Shown here one piece after another: positions 38,795 to 51,834 of a stretch of DNA of 64,000 nt. Source of the stretch: Azolla caroliniana (taxonomy: Eukaryota > Plantae > Polypodiophyta); the NCBI GenBank assembly GCA_043228905.1, contig JBHGNT010000003.1, positions 22,754,001 through 22,818,000 of the forward strand. The letters are read 5' to 3'. Positions within the stretch are counted from its first letter, which is position 1, and every line of letters starts with the position of its first letter. Below the pieces are notes generated by a model, which saw nothing but the letters and a program-made list of their open reading frames with translations, was not told the origin of the DNA and did no database searches. The translations under genes and the position numbers were made by a program.

Positions 38795-38912
38795 GATTGA
38801 TAGATAGATAGATTTTTTTAGCGTCCATAGAGAGGCCAATATTGGCCCATAGGACCTAAGTACAAAAGTTATCTTGATGTATGTCTCCTTCCTAAGAAGA
38901 GATACAGAGAGA
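38795..38912 (-). mobile_element. Short LINE/SINE 3' end related to the (TATC)n-tailed family
   Basis: The minus strand reads GGTCCTATGGGCCAATATTGGCCTCTCTATGGACGCTAAAAAATCTATCTATCTATC, with a TC-rich 5' flank. Confidence 0.55.
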
Positions 38913-39450
38913 CGTGAAAGAACCTAACACTTAAAAGGTGTTATCAGGACCTCATGACATGCACGCATGAGATGTTTGCACGGAATTGGCGCGCTAGATA
39001 TGATATGTGGACACTTACGTGTCGAAGCTTGAACTTTGGCACACGATGTAAGTATAAAAGAATTAAAGAAGAACAAACAAAAGCATATCTCTGAATTAGG
39101 AGAGTGTTATCAATTCATGATGTGAAAGGAGAGGATAATTATTGTGAAGGAGACAAGCATGAAAGAGTAGAATCTTTATCCTAGTAACCCTTTGGAAGCA
39201 TTGAGTTCTAAAGAAGGAATAGAAGGAATTTTAGTGTCACGAGGATCATGTGAAGATGTGGTCACGTGACAAAACCCTCCTCTAGCTTTAATTTGTGTTT
39301 GTTTGTGTGTGTATATATATAGGCATGTAAGCCCAAGTAAATTATACCTTCAAATTTGGAGGCCCCCTCTCAAAGGCAACGAAAAGGCCATACACACATA
39401 GCCACTACTAATTCATTAGTTTAGTAGCTTAATTAAGAGGCAGAATCACA

Positions 39451-39609
39451 AGAAAGTTTCATCATCATGTATAATGATACAAATCCCTAGCTAATAATCA
39501 AAAGAAGTTTCATCATTATCATGTATATTGATACAAATCCCTAGCTAATAATCAAAAGAAGTTTCATCATGATCATGATGTATATTGATACAAATCACTA
39601 GCTAATAAT
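39451..39609 (+). repeat. Three tandem 54-57-bp repeats just upstream of the multicopper oxidase ATG, each containing a short ORF
   Basis: AGAAGTTTCATCAT..ATGTATA(A/T)TGATACAAATC(C/A)CTAGCTAATAAT x3. Confidence 0.92.
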
Positions 39610-39631
39610 TTCACTCAACATAAACATTTGG

Positions 39632-40963
39632 ATGGTGTTGATGCCGATTAGCGTGAGCATGGATCGAATGCGGTTATTATTGCACGGATTAGTGTTGATG
39701 ATTCTCATTAGTGCTGATAATGTGATTAGCAATTCAAATGACGGTAACGATCTTACCGTGTGCGAGGCTCCATCACCTGCCTTGGACCCATTTGTTGATG
39801 AGATCACATTTCCTAGCTACATTTCTCTCTCCTCTCAACAACCTAACATCACTCTGGGTGCTTTCAGAATCTCTCAGGTACATCCGAAGTTTTAACTCCT
39901 CCTTAGCATCTAATCTTTTCCTCGAATTCGTCTCGAGTGATATCGATCGAGCTTGTCTAATCGCCACTTGCTTAGGATTAATCGATGCCAAACATTCATT
40001 TAATTGTTCATTCGATTTGATTGATGACCATTGATTATTTTACTTATCAATGTATTAAATGCTTGTTTCATGGTTAAATGTATGTTTATTGCAGAAGGTG
40101 CATCGTGATCTTCCCAACACTACTCTATATGCATTTGGAACCACTCTACAAACTGCTTCCTTCCCTGGCCCTACACTACTTGTAATTAACAACTTGCTCT
40201 CTCTAATCACACACACACACACACACACACACTTTGTTCTTTTTATCGTAATTTGCTCTCTCCCTCTGTCTGTCTGATCTTAGCATGCATGGTAAGTTTA
40301 TTGTCAATAGCCCCAAGTTAACAAAGGTTTTTGTGTGCTTTTGAAAAAGCTGTCTCTCTAAATAAGGGATAAAAAAAAGGAGTATTAAACCTTTGAAACA
40401 ATAGGCCTTAAGGTAGCTTCAAACATTCCAATCATAGATACAATGAATTTGGGTTCCTCGCCCACTTGGAATCGAGAAAGAGCTGTTTCGAAATTACAGC
40501 TCAATCATATAGATAGGAGTTGTGAATTTTGTTACTCGTTATCTCGCGCATTCATTCGAAAGCATGTCATTCGAGGAGGACACATATATGTATCCAATCA
40601 AAGAACACTTCGTGATGCATCACAGAGCGAAAGCTACCTCTTCAACGATTTGTGACACATTGATCCGTGCACATTCTCTTCGATGTAAGATTGGGTGTCA
40701 AGTGAGCCCATGTGAGATCAACACGCATTAGACCATATACATGTTTTCTCCCCTAACATGTGTGCAAGGCCAAATAATCATCACACTACTAATATGCTCC
40801 ACCTTTGACCACATTCAAGTTTGCTTTCCCCACATTTGTAACCTTGACCTATTGTTAATATGTACATAGTCTCTCTCCCCAAGCTGAGAATATGCAAGTT
40901 CTTAGTCGCAACATTCACATATGTATGTATGTATGTATGTATGCATGTATGGGTGTATCTATG

Positions 40964-41014
<51 letters not shown>

Positions 41015-44000
41015 GTGTGTGTATTTGTCAATCCATACGTGCATGAGAAATGTTGTCTATCTATGCATATATGTATGTCTAATTGAATGTTTACATGTAT
41101 GTGTGCATGTATAATGTATGTATATTCAATCTATCCATATGTGCATGAGAATGGTGTCTATATGTATGTGTGTATTTGCATATTTATACGTATGTATGTA
41201 TAATTGTGTATTTTATCTCAGGTTGTACTCTAAATTCGTTTTTCAAGATGGAAAATGTAAGCCACAAAATATATGATTGTTTGACAAGGGTGGTCTGCTA
41301 AGAAGTACCCCCTTCCTTTTTCAGGGAAAAAGAAAAAGGAATTACCCCGTTCCCCAATGCCCAATAATGTTGTTTTGTGCCTAGTGCAATCTATAATAAT
41401 TGTGAATCATTGTGAATTACATTGTCATGTGATTTTACTAGCATACGGTTGAGAAAGTGGCATATGGCCTTGAGGCCTAGTTAAAAACTCACATGTATTA
41501 TTCAAACATATCTAGTATGCAATATTATTCCCTTGAATGGTTAAGATTTGCTCGACTCTTGTTTGGCTAGACAAAATTCACACTTTCCAAGCTCAAAGGT
41601 AATGCGGTTACTTTTCTCTTATCGAAGTACAACAATATTATTTTTTGTCACAATCTGACTATTGGAACAATTTTTCAGATTTGTGTTCCATTCTCAGGCA
41701 TGGATAACTTATTCTCATATAATTTATTTGTATACAAGCAGTAGTGGAAAGGCAAAACTTTGGTTACTATGGGAATAGGATCAATTTCAATGTTGATTTT
41801 ATTGATTTGAACTTTTTAAGGGGTAGTTTGTAAAATGAACGTTGTTAGACAACACACACACACACACACAAAGTTTGTAGGCAATGTTGGACATTATATG
41901 CATATAAATACATACATAAATAATATAAGGACAAGAGAATATACATTACATGCATGCATATATTTATGAATGCTAAGCATTCGGGGCATTTATAAGCAGT
42001 TAATTCATTTGTTGGAATATATTACGTTGTGTGCACGTATTTATGAATGCTAGGCATTCAAGGCATTCATAAGTTGTTAATTCATTGGAATATATTAATA
42101 ATTACATTGTGTGCCCTCGTTGTCATGTTATGAATTTTACCTTCTCTATAATACTTACTTTAAGCCAGCCTAATGATCTTAAATGCCTCAAGCAAATTCT
42201 AATATCCATTTTAATACATAGGGCACATATGTAGATATGTTTACTTTTCCATAAATTTAACTAGTGAAGAAAGTGCAGTGTTCTTGTCTCAAGACATTCG
42301 CATCGAAATGTGTGCATTTAATCAAGCTCAAATAGAAGCTATAGTCTTGAGTAAACCGTACCAATCTTTTCACAAGAAAACTTTGCCATTATTTGTCGCA
42401 CTAGCTTGTGGATCATTAGTGTCGGTTCAATATCCAAGACATAGTTTGATATGAACATATATAAAGTGAGTTGAATTGAATAGCTTTACTATACATAAAC
42501 TAGGGAGAATTGGGAAAGTGGTTTGTCCAAACCATGAACATATATAAAGTGAGTTGAATTGAACACCTTTATTATAAATAAACTATGGAGAATTGGCAAG
42601 TTCCAATATCATTACAAGATGCCAATGTTAATACATAACATAGATACTTGTGTATACTACATGTTTGTGTTTACATGTATGTCGCGGGATTTGCAAACGC
42701 ACACCTTTCAACATCTCCACCTAGCTAAAGTCCATATCTACAAAGCATATTACCACATTAGATGTCGCCACACATGTGGTCTCATTTTTACATCTTTAAC
42801 AAGCTCAAAGTGTATTTTAGATATACAATACAAATTTACAAGTACACAATGGCCTAAATGCTTTATTTATTTGAGTGTAAATTTGGATAATGTTAGTCAA
42901 GATATTTGCTTCTTTTTATGCACATGAATCTTACAAAACTCTAGTTTCTATGTAGAGAAATAAGAAGAATTTCACTCTTTTCATTACTATCGGAATGTTC
43001 ATTTGCTCATCTTTTTTATATGTATGCGCGTATTTATATATAACATATACACACATGATGATGACAAGATTTCGAATGTAGGCACAAGTGGGTATTCCCG
43101 CATATGTGAGGTGGGAGAACCACATTGAAGATTCATCCCACTTACTTGGGACTGACAATGCAATTCCATGGGCCAATCCGAGCCAAGGGGGTGTGCCAAT
43201 AGTCGCCCATTTGCATGGTGCACAAGTCGAGAGTCCATCAGATGGGCACCCTAACGCATGGTTTACTCACCTCAACGAAACAGGGGAAACTTATGTGAAA
43301 CAGGACTATACTTATCATAATCAGCAAAGCGCGGCTATGTTATGGTACCACGATCACACACATGGTATTACTCGGTTGAATCTCTTCGCGGGCTTGATGG
43401 GCATGTATATCTTGGTGGATGGGGCTCCCTCTTCGTCGTTTACTTCGTCTTATTACAATGACGAGGAAGAGCAGCAACTACCCATTGGTTTACCGCTATT
43501 GATCCGAGACTGGAAATTCTCTGAGAACGGGTCTTTAAACTTTCCTCTGTATGGGACGTCGGGGACGATCCTGAGGTGGTGCGCTGAATACGGAGACGTG
43601 ATGGTTGTGAACGGAGTGGCAGTTCCATACCTGAGGGTTCTACCGGGGACATACCGCTTCCGGCTCCTCAACGGGTGCAACGCGAGGTTCCTGGAGCTCT
43701 CCCTGAGCCATCCGTCATTATATTTCTTGCAGATCGGGGGAGACGGCGGGACCTTCCTTCCTCACACCCGGAACCTGACCACTCTTCTGTTCGCGCCAGG
43801 CGAACGAGTGGACGCTCTGATCGACTTCTCAGATCTCGAAGACGGCACGGAGATCATTGTCATCAACACGGGCCCCGCGCCTTTCCCGATCGGGAAACTC
43901 GCTTATTCCACGAACGGGACCTTCTATGTCATGAAATTCGTGGTCGACAGCTCCTACGGGATCCTCGAAGGTCTTGTCAACAACACTTCGATTGGTAAGA

Positions 44001-45004
44001 CTCAAGAAGCTGCTCGATCCATGGTGGATATGGCTCCTCGATTAGGGTTCCGTCCCACGGATCGCCATTCTACACAGAGAAGTTCCATGCCAGGTTTAGG
44101 GTTCGAATCCAACTCGCATGAGAGCGATTCTTCCTCGCGAAGAAGAAGACATGTTAGGCACAAAAATGCTGATTTAGTTCGTCAATCCAGCTCACCCCAA
44201 CGAAGAAAGCACAGATCGATGCGTGCTCATTTAGGGTTTCCATCCAACATAGACGCCTTATTGTCGTCGTCTTCTTCCTCCTCGGCAACTGATCGAACTA
44301 GCCAAATTACCGAATTACAGAGAGAATCCATGTTCCTATCTTCTCAACTAAGCAAATCCGTGCCCAAAACACCATTTTTAAGCGAAATCAGTTCTGTTTC
44401 CAAACCTCTAGCTGATCTCGGACCCATCATAGCTTCTGAGGCACAGACAGCTATGTTCATTGATAGGAGTACTAGCAAGAATGATATGAGGATGAACGAG
44501 AATATAACGGTTCGAGGATTTACAATGCGTTCTTTTCAAGGTCTCCATGGCGAGCCGAACCATCTCCTTCTCAACAACAAATCATGGAGTGATCCCATTA
44601 TTGATTTCCCAACAGTTGGAAGCACAGAGATATGGGAGCTTATCAATCTTGGCGCAGATGCACACAACATGCACATCCACCTTGTTCATTTCAAAGTGAT
44701 AAACCAACAATCTTTCTCGAGTATCGATTACGAAGCAGAGAGGTGCGCCTTCGATCTTCCGTATCCACATCCCAACAGTTGCTTCACTGAGGAACCACAA
44801 GTACCCGAATATTCGAGCTATGCTTGGAAAGACACTGTGATCGCATGGCCTGGCAATGTGACTAGACTTCTGCTCAGATTTACTTCCATGGATGGATCTT
44901 CGTTTCCTTTCAATCCCACACTTGAACCTGGCTACCTTTGGCATTGCCACACAGGTGACCATGAAGACTATGAGATGATGAGACCGTTCCAGTTACGTTT
45001 CTAA
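39632..45004 (+). CDS. LPR1: LPR1/LPR2-like (CotA/bilirubin-oxidase type) multicopper oxidase; exons 39632-39877, 40095-40181, 43082-45004 (~751 aa if the internal insert is retained)
   Basis: Hydrophobic N-terminus, LDPFVDE, KVHRDLP...FPGPTL, HLHG, WYHDH, YRFRLLNGCNARF, HNMHIHLVHF, WHCHTGDHEDYEMMRPF. GT-AG phase-0 introns. Confidence 0.92.
40920..41215. repeat. (GT)n/(TATG)n compound microsatellite in MCO intron 2
   Basis: Seen directly. Confidence 0.9.
41961..42100. repeat. ~77-bp tandem duplication in MCO intron 2
   Basis: TATTTATGAATGCTA(A/G)GCATTC..GGCATT(T/C)ATAAG...TGGAATATATTA x2. Confidence 0.8.
42451..42597. repeat. ~83-bp-period direct repeat in MCO intron 2
   Basis: ATGAACATATATAAAGTGAGTTGAATTGAA...GGAGAATTGG x2. 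Confidence 0.85.
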
Positions 45005-45646
45005 AAATCAGTTGTCCCATCACCATCATTTGAGCATAAAAATGTAATGATGCTTTTTTGCTTACAATCACGGCTATGTTTTCTAGGCCCTATGATCCCT
45101 TATGTCAAGCCATTACCACAGTAGTAAGCTTTAATAATACTACGTGATGATGAGGCCATTTCAATTACATTTCTAAAGGCAATTATTCATCAATCAAACA
45201 TAGAAACATGATGATTTGCTGCTTTGGATATTTTTTCTAAGCCCTATCATCCGAAGCTTTTTCTTTTACTCCATGTAGCATAGACAAGTCTGCTCCACAA
45301 ATTTGTCGCATATAACTATCATAGCTTCTTTTTTGGCCCTATGATCCTTCAGGCAAAGGTTTTGCCTGCCAAATGTTTATGTTAAAATCCCTCCTCTCCA
45401 TTGTAGTAGCTTTGCTCTGTGAATACACATCATCTCTCTTCAATACATCATGCATACAATAAAAAATAGATTGTTTTTGTTTTTCAAAACATTAAGAAAT
45501 CTTTAACACTTCGGTCTGCATAGTATTAGTGTTTTGTAATGTAATGCCAGGCTAATGGCAAACTTTGCCTGTGAATTGATTGAATTAGATGCTTTCAGAT
45601 TTTAATACAGCAACGATACAATTATGCTGTCTATAAATCAAAGAGA

Positions 45647-47491
45647 CTATTCATCTTTATGATCAGTCTTCTCATTTGCTTTTCTTGATTGTGCTATGCG
45701 TATGCATTCACCTTGAAGATCACCCAATATCTCTTTAACGAGCTTAGCAGTTACACCTCTTACATATGCATTCAATGGCCAAGGAGGCACAATAGATGGT
45801 TCAACAACTTGATTAAATGTTATCAATGACCATATTTCCTCTGTTTCTAGGCTTTCATTATTACTGTCATTGCTACAACTGGCAGTGAACGCATCAATCT
45901 TCCATGAACCTGAGAATTTCTTCATCATTCCTTGCCTCAACAGATCAAATAGCATCTACAAAGAAACAAGTGAGGGCATTTTTGTTTAACCGAAGGCAAA
46001 TTAGTTATGAACAAACTTTAGGATAAAGCAAATTGTGATTGAAAACTCACGGTATGTTGATCTCGGTTTTGTTCCACAATAACTCGGGATGAGAATGATC
46101 CCGAAAATACTAGGAAACGCCATCCAGCCACCTGTTCCACTTCAACAATTTGTTTGTTTCCATCATCTTGGAGGACTTTCCTATAAGTAACTTCCTGATG
46201 AGACAGTAATGAAGATTAATTTTGAAGGACAAAATAAATCCAATGAATACTCCATTAAATTTTTACGGCTTAGGAACGATTAAATTATTAAATCACTCAT
46301 AATTTATGCCCTTTCCCAATCCAGTCAATTGGATTATGTCAATTGAATATAATTATTGAATCATCTGCTTAATGCAAAATGGAAAGAATCAAATCGCCAC
46401 CATATAGTTACATGAATGAACAAAATGCAAATACATTAAGTAATAGAATGATTAAGTTTAGAGATATTGGATGCATTTCGTGGTAAAAAAGGTCATTACC
46501 TGTCCTGATGAGAGAGAGTGAGAAAGAGAGAGCTCAAAAAACAAGGCAATATGATAGGGAGTGGCAATGTTGTCTTATATCTGATTAATAAACATTTCAG
46601 GGCATTTCTAAAATTTCATCAATTAGCAGTACAGAATCATGATCTGAAAGTTCAACATGTATTTTTACAAGAATTTTTTCCTGAATCTTCATTACGTGTT
46701 GCTTTGAATGGAAAATCTATAACCCATCTCTACTCATGTCATCAATGCCTAACGGTATCTAGGAAATAAAAGAACCGACTGATTTTTGCTTTTTTACACA
46801 AACCAATACATTTCAGCTTCATTTTAACTTTTCCTTTATTGTCACAACAATCCGAAACATAAGAATGAGATTTTTTGTTTCTGAATAGCAATTCCTTACC
46901 TTTCATACTCTTGTAAAGATAACAAAAAAATAATACCATAAATGGGTTTTTTTCCTCAAGGGAAGTTTCACATGGTCACAAAATGTTATTCCAAAAGTTA
47001 ATCCAGGAACAACTCCAAAAAGCACCCGACTTTCTCTTTAATTTCTGAGTTTACATTAATTCCCAAAATGCCCTGCATCAACACCTGCCTCTCGAGCAGT
47101 TGTATGACCAATTTGAAGAAAAAAATCCAATTTTCTCAATTATATATGGTATTGGATCAATATATTGCAGAAGCCTCTGAAACGACATATCTAACTGAAC
47201 AGATACAACCCTAAATCTAAAAACACAGACACGATGATAAAAATAGAGAAGAAGAAGAAGAAGAAAATATTTCTATAAATCCTGACTTACCTTGATATTC
47301 TTGAAGACGCGTTTGTTTTCAGGATCGGTAATGAGATCATACACATCATCAGGCGGGACAGGAACAGAGAAACAGGAATGGATCTCACAGAAGGACCCAT
47401 TCCTCTGAGTGACTGAGACTTCTGGAAGCTTCCATGGATCCTCCGATCCTTCTGTTGCACGGATGCGAGAGGAGTCGGTCGTTGTTGACAT
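45647..47491 (-). CDS. DUF220 / START-like protein, 3 exons (47491-47291, 46194-46051, 45955-45647), ~217 aa
   Basis: VPPDDVYDLITDPENKRVFKNIK | EVTYRKVLQDDGNKQIVEVEQVAGWRFLVFSGSF... | MLFDLLRQGMMKKFSGSWKID...VPPWPL, with canonical splice sites. Confidence 0.9.
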
Positions 47492-47814
47492 GACCGGATC
47501 TCAGTGGTGTGTCTCGAGCTTTTTCCATGGCCACAAAGGTTCGCTATTTCATTCACGTTATGGAAATTACAGAAAATACCCCTCCTCACTTGGCGCCTAG
47601 ACTCTAGTCCAGGGCATGTCTATTTTTCGAAATTCCCAAGATACCCCTGGATCTTTCTTTAGGGTCCAACCACACCTCCTCTAGGGGCTTTTCCTGAGTA
47701 CCTTGTCACGAGAGCATACATATTGCGACAATTTTAAAGATTCGAGCTCGCGACCTCCTTGGCTAAGATATGGTCTAGCCTTTAATATGAATTCCTTCAA
47801 AATGACTTATTATG

Positions 47815-48215
47815 GGATTGTCTTCAATGTGAGTCTAGCCATTGGAGAGTCATTGCCTATACATATTCTATTTTATTGAAGTTTTGGAGTTTGAGTATCG
47901 AACTTTATTACAATGTGATGTCCTCAACCACGTTCGAGTTTGCTTTCCATGCGTTGTCAATCTTGCCCATTCATGGCATACATTCCTCTCACGACTCACA
48001 ATCACTAAGTGCGCTCTCAATTATAACATTCATTAGTAAAATATTTATCCATCAAGAATCACCATTAAATTCCTCAATGTTATGTAGAAGTGTTTCATTT
48101 TTGCTCCCATCAATCATATTTGTGCTTGCGAGGATCACGTAGTATAACTCTTGTGGTGTCATAGGTCATACTTGGCCTTTGAGGATGAGGATGGTAATGA
48201 AATCTACCAATATGC
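47815..48215 (+). mobile_element. Older degenerate copy of the RTE-X-like LINE 3' end
   Basis: LQCESSHW...EVLEFEYRTLLQCDVLNHVRVCFP...HTFLS..KCAL aligns to the 21348 copy. 3' hairpin AGGTCATACTTGGCCT, then AATCTAC. Its tail recurs at window positions 1-20. Confidence 0.65.
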
Positions 48216-51200
48216 ATCTTTCTTTCATGCTTCTTGAGTAACACACACTACTTCAACACCATCTTCAATCACACTTGAGTTTGGTTTACCATATCTTCAA
48301 CCCAAACTATCATTACACATTTATATCTCAATTGCAATGTGCAACCTAATCACAAGCTTCATTAAATTCTTCAGTGTCGAGAGTCATTAATAAACTCTGC
48401 ATAGGTCCTAGAAGTCATGTTTGACATCTCAATAAAATGTGGGCATTTCATGTTATTATTATAAATCACTTCACCCCAAGATGTGAAGCATCCAATGCCA
48501 TTACATTGTGTCCTTGATGACATCAATCACCAAATGCACCAATCTCCCACCCTTAAAGTTTGTCGATGTAATTAGGTCTTAGGTACATATGAATGCCTTT
48601 CATAGTAGAAACACAAACTTATGGAAGTTGCATAAATCATAGACATAGGCACTCCAGTCTCTTACTAGCGTCTATTATGAAAATCATTTACCATGTCACA
48701 CGTTATATTGTTTTATTGGCCACCAAAAAGGAAAATTTCTTCCATTATTTCGTTTATTCAATTATCATACCCTTTTTATTAAATCTTAAGCAAATAAGAA
48801 AAACTTGAAATGAACTTTAAGGACTCTGGACTTAATATATGTATGTATGAATGTACGTACGTACGTATGTATGTATGTAATATATGCTCATTCAAATGTA
48901 CATCAATTTCTTGACAATCATGAATGAGTTGAGTTGCATATAAGACAAGAAAAATGGTTCAAGTTTAGGTAAGTGGGGCATCAAACATGTCTCAATCTTT
49001 GTGAAATCGTCACTCTTGTCTTTGACTTTTTTGTCTTTGTCTCTATCATTATCACTATTTACTAAAAACATTCTTGGTTGCATCTCTTGTAATGAATATT
49101 TCCTATGCATTTGTTGCATATCAATTAACATAGAATATGCTACTAAACAAACATATTGCAAATTAGTGGACAATTGCTCCAGCACATATTCTATCCGCAA
49201 GTTGATGCCACATTCTTAATAATATAATTGACATTGATTGTTAAGAGCACAACATGGCACGACTAAAATATCTAAATGGGCTTTTGGGAACTATATCGAC
49301 AACTAAAATGAGTTACTTTCATTTACAGATTTTGTCTTGGCTTGCAAAATGGGACAATATGTGACCTCGTAACTCCCTTTTGCTAATGGTTTATATCAAT
49401 CATTAACAAAGAAATTAGCATTTTATTCTAAAAACTTCCTAAACTATCATATATCTATTTTTGTTTCTCTAAGTAAGACATAATTATTTTTTATTTTGGA
49501 AATGTGCATGATTTCGATTATTTTATGTGTGCATTGTAGATGCATATCAAAGGATTAAAATATTGTATCCCTCCTATTGGTCATGAAAAATGGACAAATC
49601 TTGCACTCTTTGAATATAAACTTTAGATAGAATAGATCTTGTTATAGAGAAGCATTGATTAATTAACCTACACCATTCTTCCTTATTAAGAGGAATTGAT
49701 TTTTGCAAACCTTTAGAAGTTGTTGCATTTTATTGGAGATCATTACAAGGTGGACACATGTTGATTCTTCTTTATCTATCACAACCAATGTACATCCATT
49801 ATAAATATGTATGGGAAATAGAATTTGTGAAGTATCACGTAAGTTGTTGCATTATAAAGTGGTGTAGTTTTTCAACCTATCCTCCTTTGATAGAAGCTAA
49901 TGTATCACATTTGATTGCATAAAATCTACTGTAAATTATCTTGCAGCTAAATGACAACAATATGCCATTAATTGGCGACAAAAATTTATTGGAGCATTTC
50001 ATAAATAAAATCATAAAATATTAGTGATTACAAATTGTCAATTTTCAAATCCCATATGCACAAGGTAAAAAACACTTAAGGCAGAATACATTTTACATAA
50101 AATGAACCAAACATTCAAGTGCAAGTGGTCTCAAGCATAAGCTCATACTAATCACATAACGTATCAGAAGCTATAATTACCAAAAACATAGAACACAACT
50201 TAATGAGAGCTATGAAAAGATGATTAGAAATTAAGTTCTAGATGCCCGTGAAGGAGGCACAATAACACTCATAAAGTGTGTTTAGGGGATAACCGAACCC
50301 ACAATACAAATCCTTAAGACTTTATGTGGGATTTGCATCCTTGTTGACACCGACAAATGGCCATCAAGCATGAAACATGTGTTCTAGAAGAAGATTGAAA
50401 CACTCTTAATCCTCCTCTTGAACAAGAATCTTGACTCTAAATAGTGTATATTATAAGTCAACACGGCAATGTTAATCAAAGTACCTAGTAACAATATTAA
50501 TTTCATACAACGAATCAGATTAATAATCAGCTAAATTTAAGTAAGTCTTCAAACCTCACGAGGAATCCTTATTCCTATATTCTTTATAAATAAAAAGGTT
50601 AACTTTTTCTTTAAGATATGGATTATATTCTATGGTCTATTTATAAAGGAAAAGTGAATGCTTTAGGATTTAAATAATGAACCTTTTACATACTATTTGT
50701 ACTTTGTCATACAAAATCACTCTGGAGTACACATAATAGAGCCCACAATGCCCTACATTTTGAGGAAGACCTCTCCTCTCCACACTTTTTTTGCAATCAA
50801 GCAATTGAGGGTTTCACGGCCATCCACCAATTCTTTGCCAAGCCATAGTTCAATGCACGTCTTACCTCACTTCTCCAAGTTTGACAAACTTGCCACTGTC
50901 TTTTAGGAGCATATACATATGCTCTTTATTGAAGCATTGAAGACAACCTAGAATATATCAACATTCTTCTTCTTTACCATTTCTCTCTACTTTGTGTCCA
51001 CGGCTTTGGTTTCTACAATTTCTCTTTAGCTTCTATGTAGCTAAAGTTAACACATTCCACCTATCGCGTTGTTTTATGTGTATGTGTGTCCAACTAGAAG
51101 AGACGGGTTTTCACTTTGGGAGCCAAAGCTTTGTCGTCCACCTCATATAAGGTAGAGACCACCTTAAGCACCCTTATCTATGGTACGAGTTGATCCCAAT

Positions 51201-51403
51201 AAATGGGTTATTGATTGATGGTCTTCAAGAAGTAGACTAAGCTAAAAGTTGGATTAGCAATTGTAAAGAACTAAGTTATGCGAGCATCTTGTCCTGTCGT
51301 GGGAGCTGACTTTATGTTGTGCCAGTTGTAGAGAACCCCTCATAGAAAGTCTAAGGTTTACGTTTGCCATACGATCCTTCTAAATGTAGGATGCATGGTC
51401 AAC

Positions 51404-51467
<64 letters not shown>

Positions 51468-51834
51468 AGTGGGTGACCATATTCCATTGTCACACACCCA
51501 TTGTAAGTAGTGTTTTTTACACATATTTATTTATATAATTGTGTGTTTTTACCAAAGAGAGAGAGAGAGAGAGAGAGAATGGTATTTGAGAGTTTTGATC
51601 AAATGAGGGGCATATGGGGAATTTTGTGAAGGTGAGGGGTAGTTTCTGGGAATTCCGAATTTGTACTAAACTCGTACAATAATATCCTTCCTGTGCATAA
51701 AATCAACGTACGTAGTAGGGTCTACAAGAAGAGGCAACAGAGAGCACACACTGCTCTGTTTCTCCTTCTCCTATAAAGACACGCCCACACACAGACATGG
51801 CGGTGAGGATGATGATCGCCTACCTCTCCTTCTA

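Noticed and set aside
40440-40740. Extra MCO exon or another RTE-X fragment (AHSLRCKIG)
   Set aside because: Not needed for the MCO frame, and similarity to SHxLxCETG is too weak to call.
44041-44240. Interstitial telomere array
   Set aside because: Only isolated single TTAGGGTT motifs, not tandem repeats.
43088-45004. Bacterial contamination or recent HGT (CotA-like ORF)
   Set aside because: The gene has spliceosomal introns and LPR-type plant motifs, within plant repeats.
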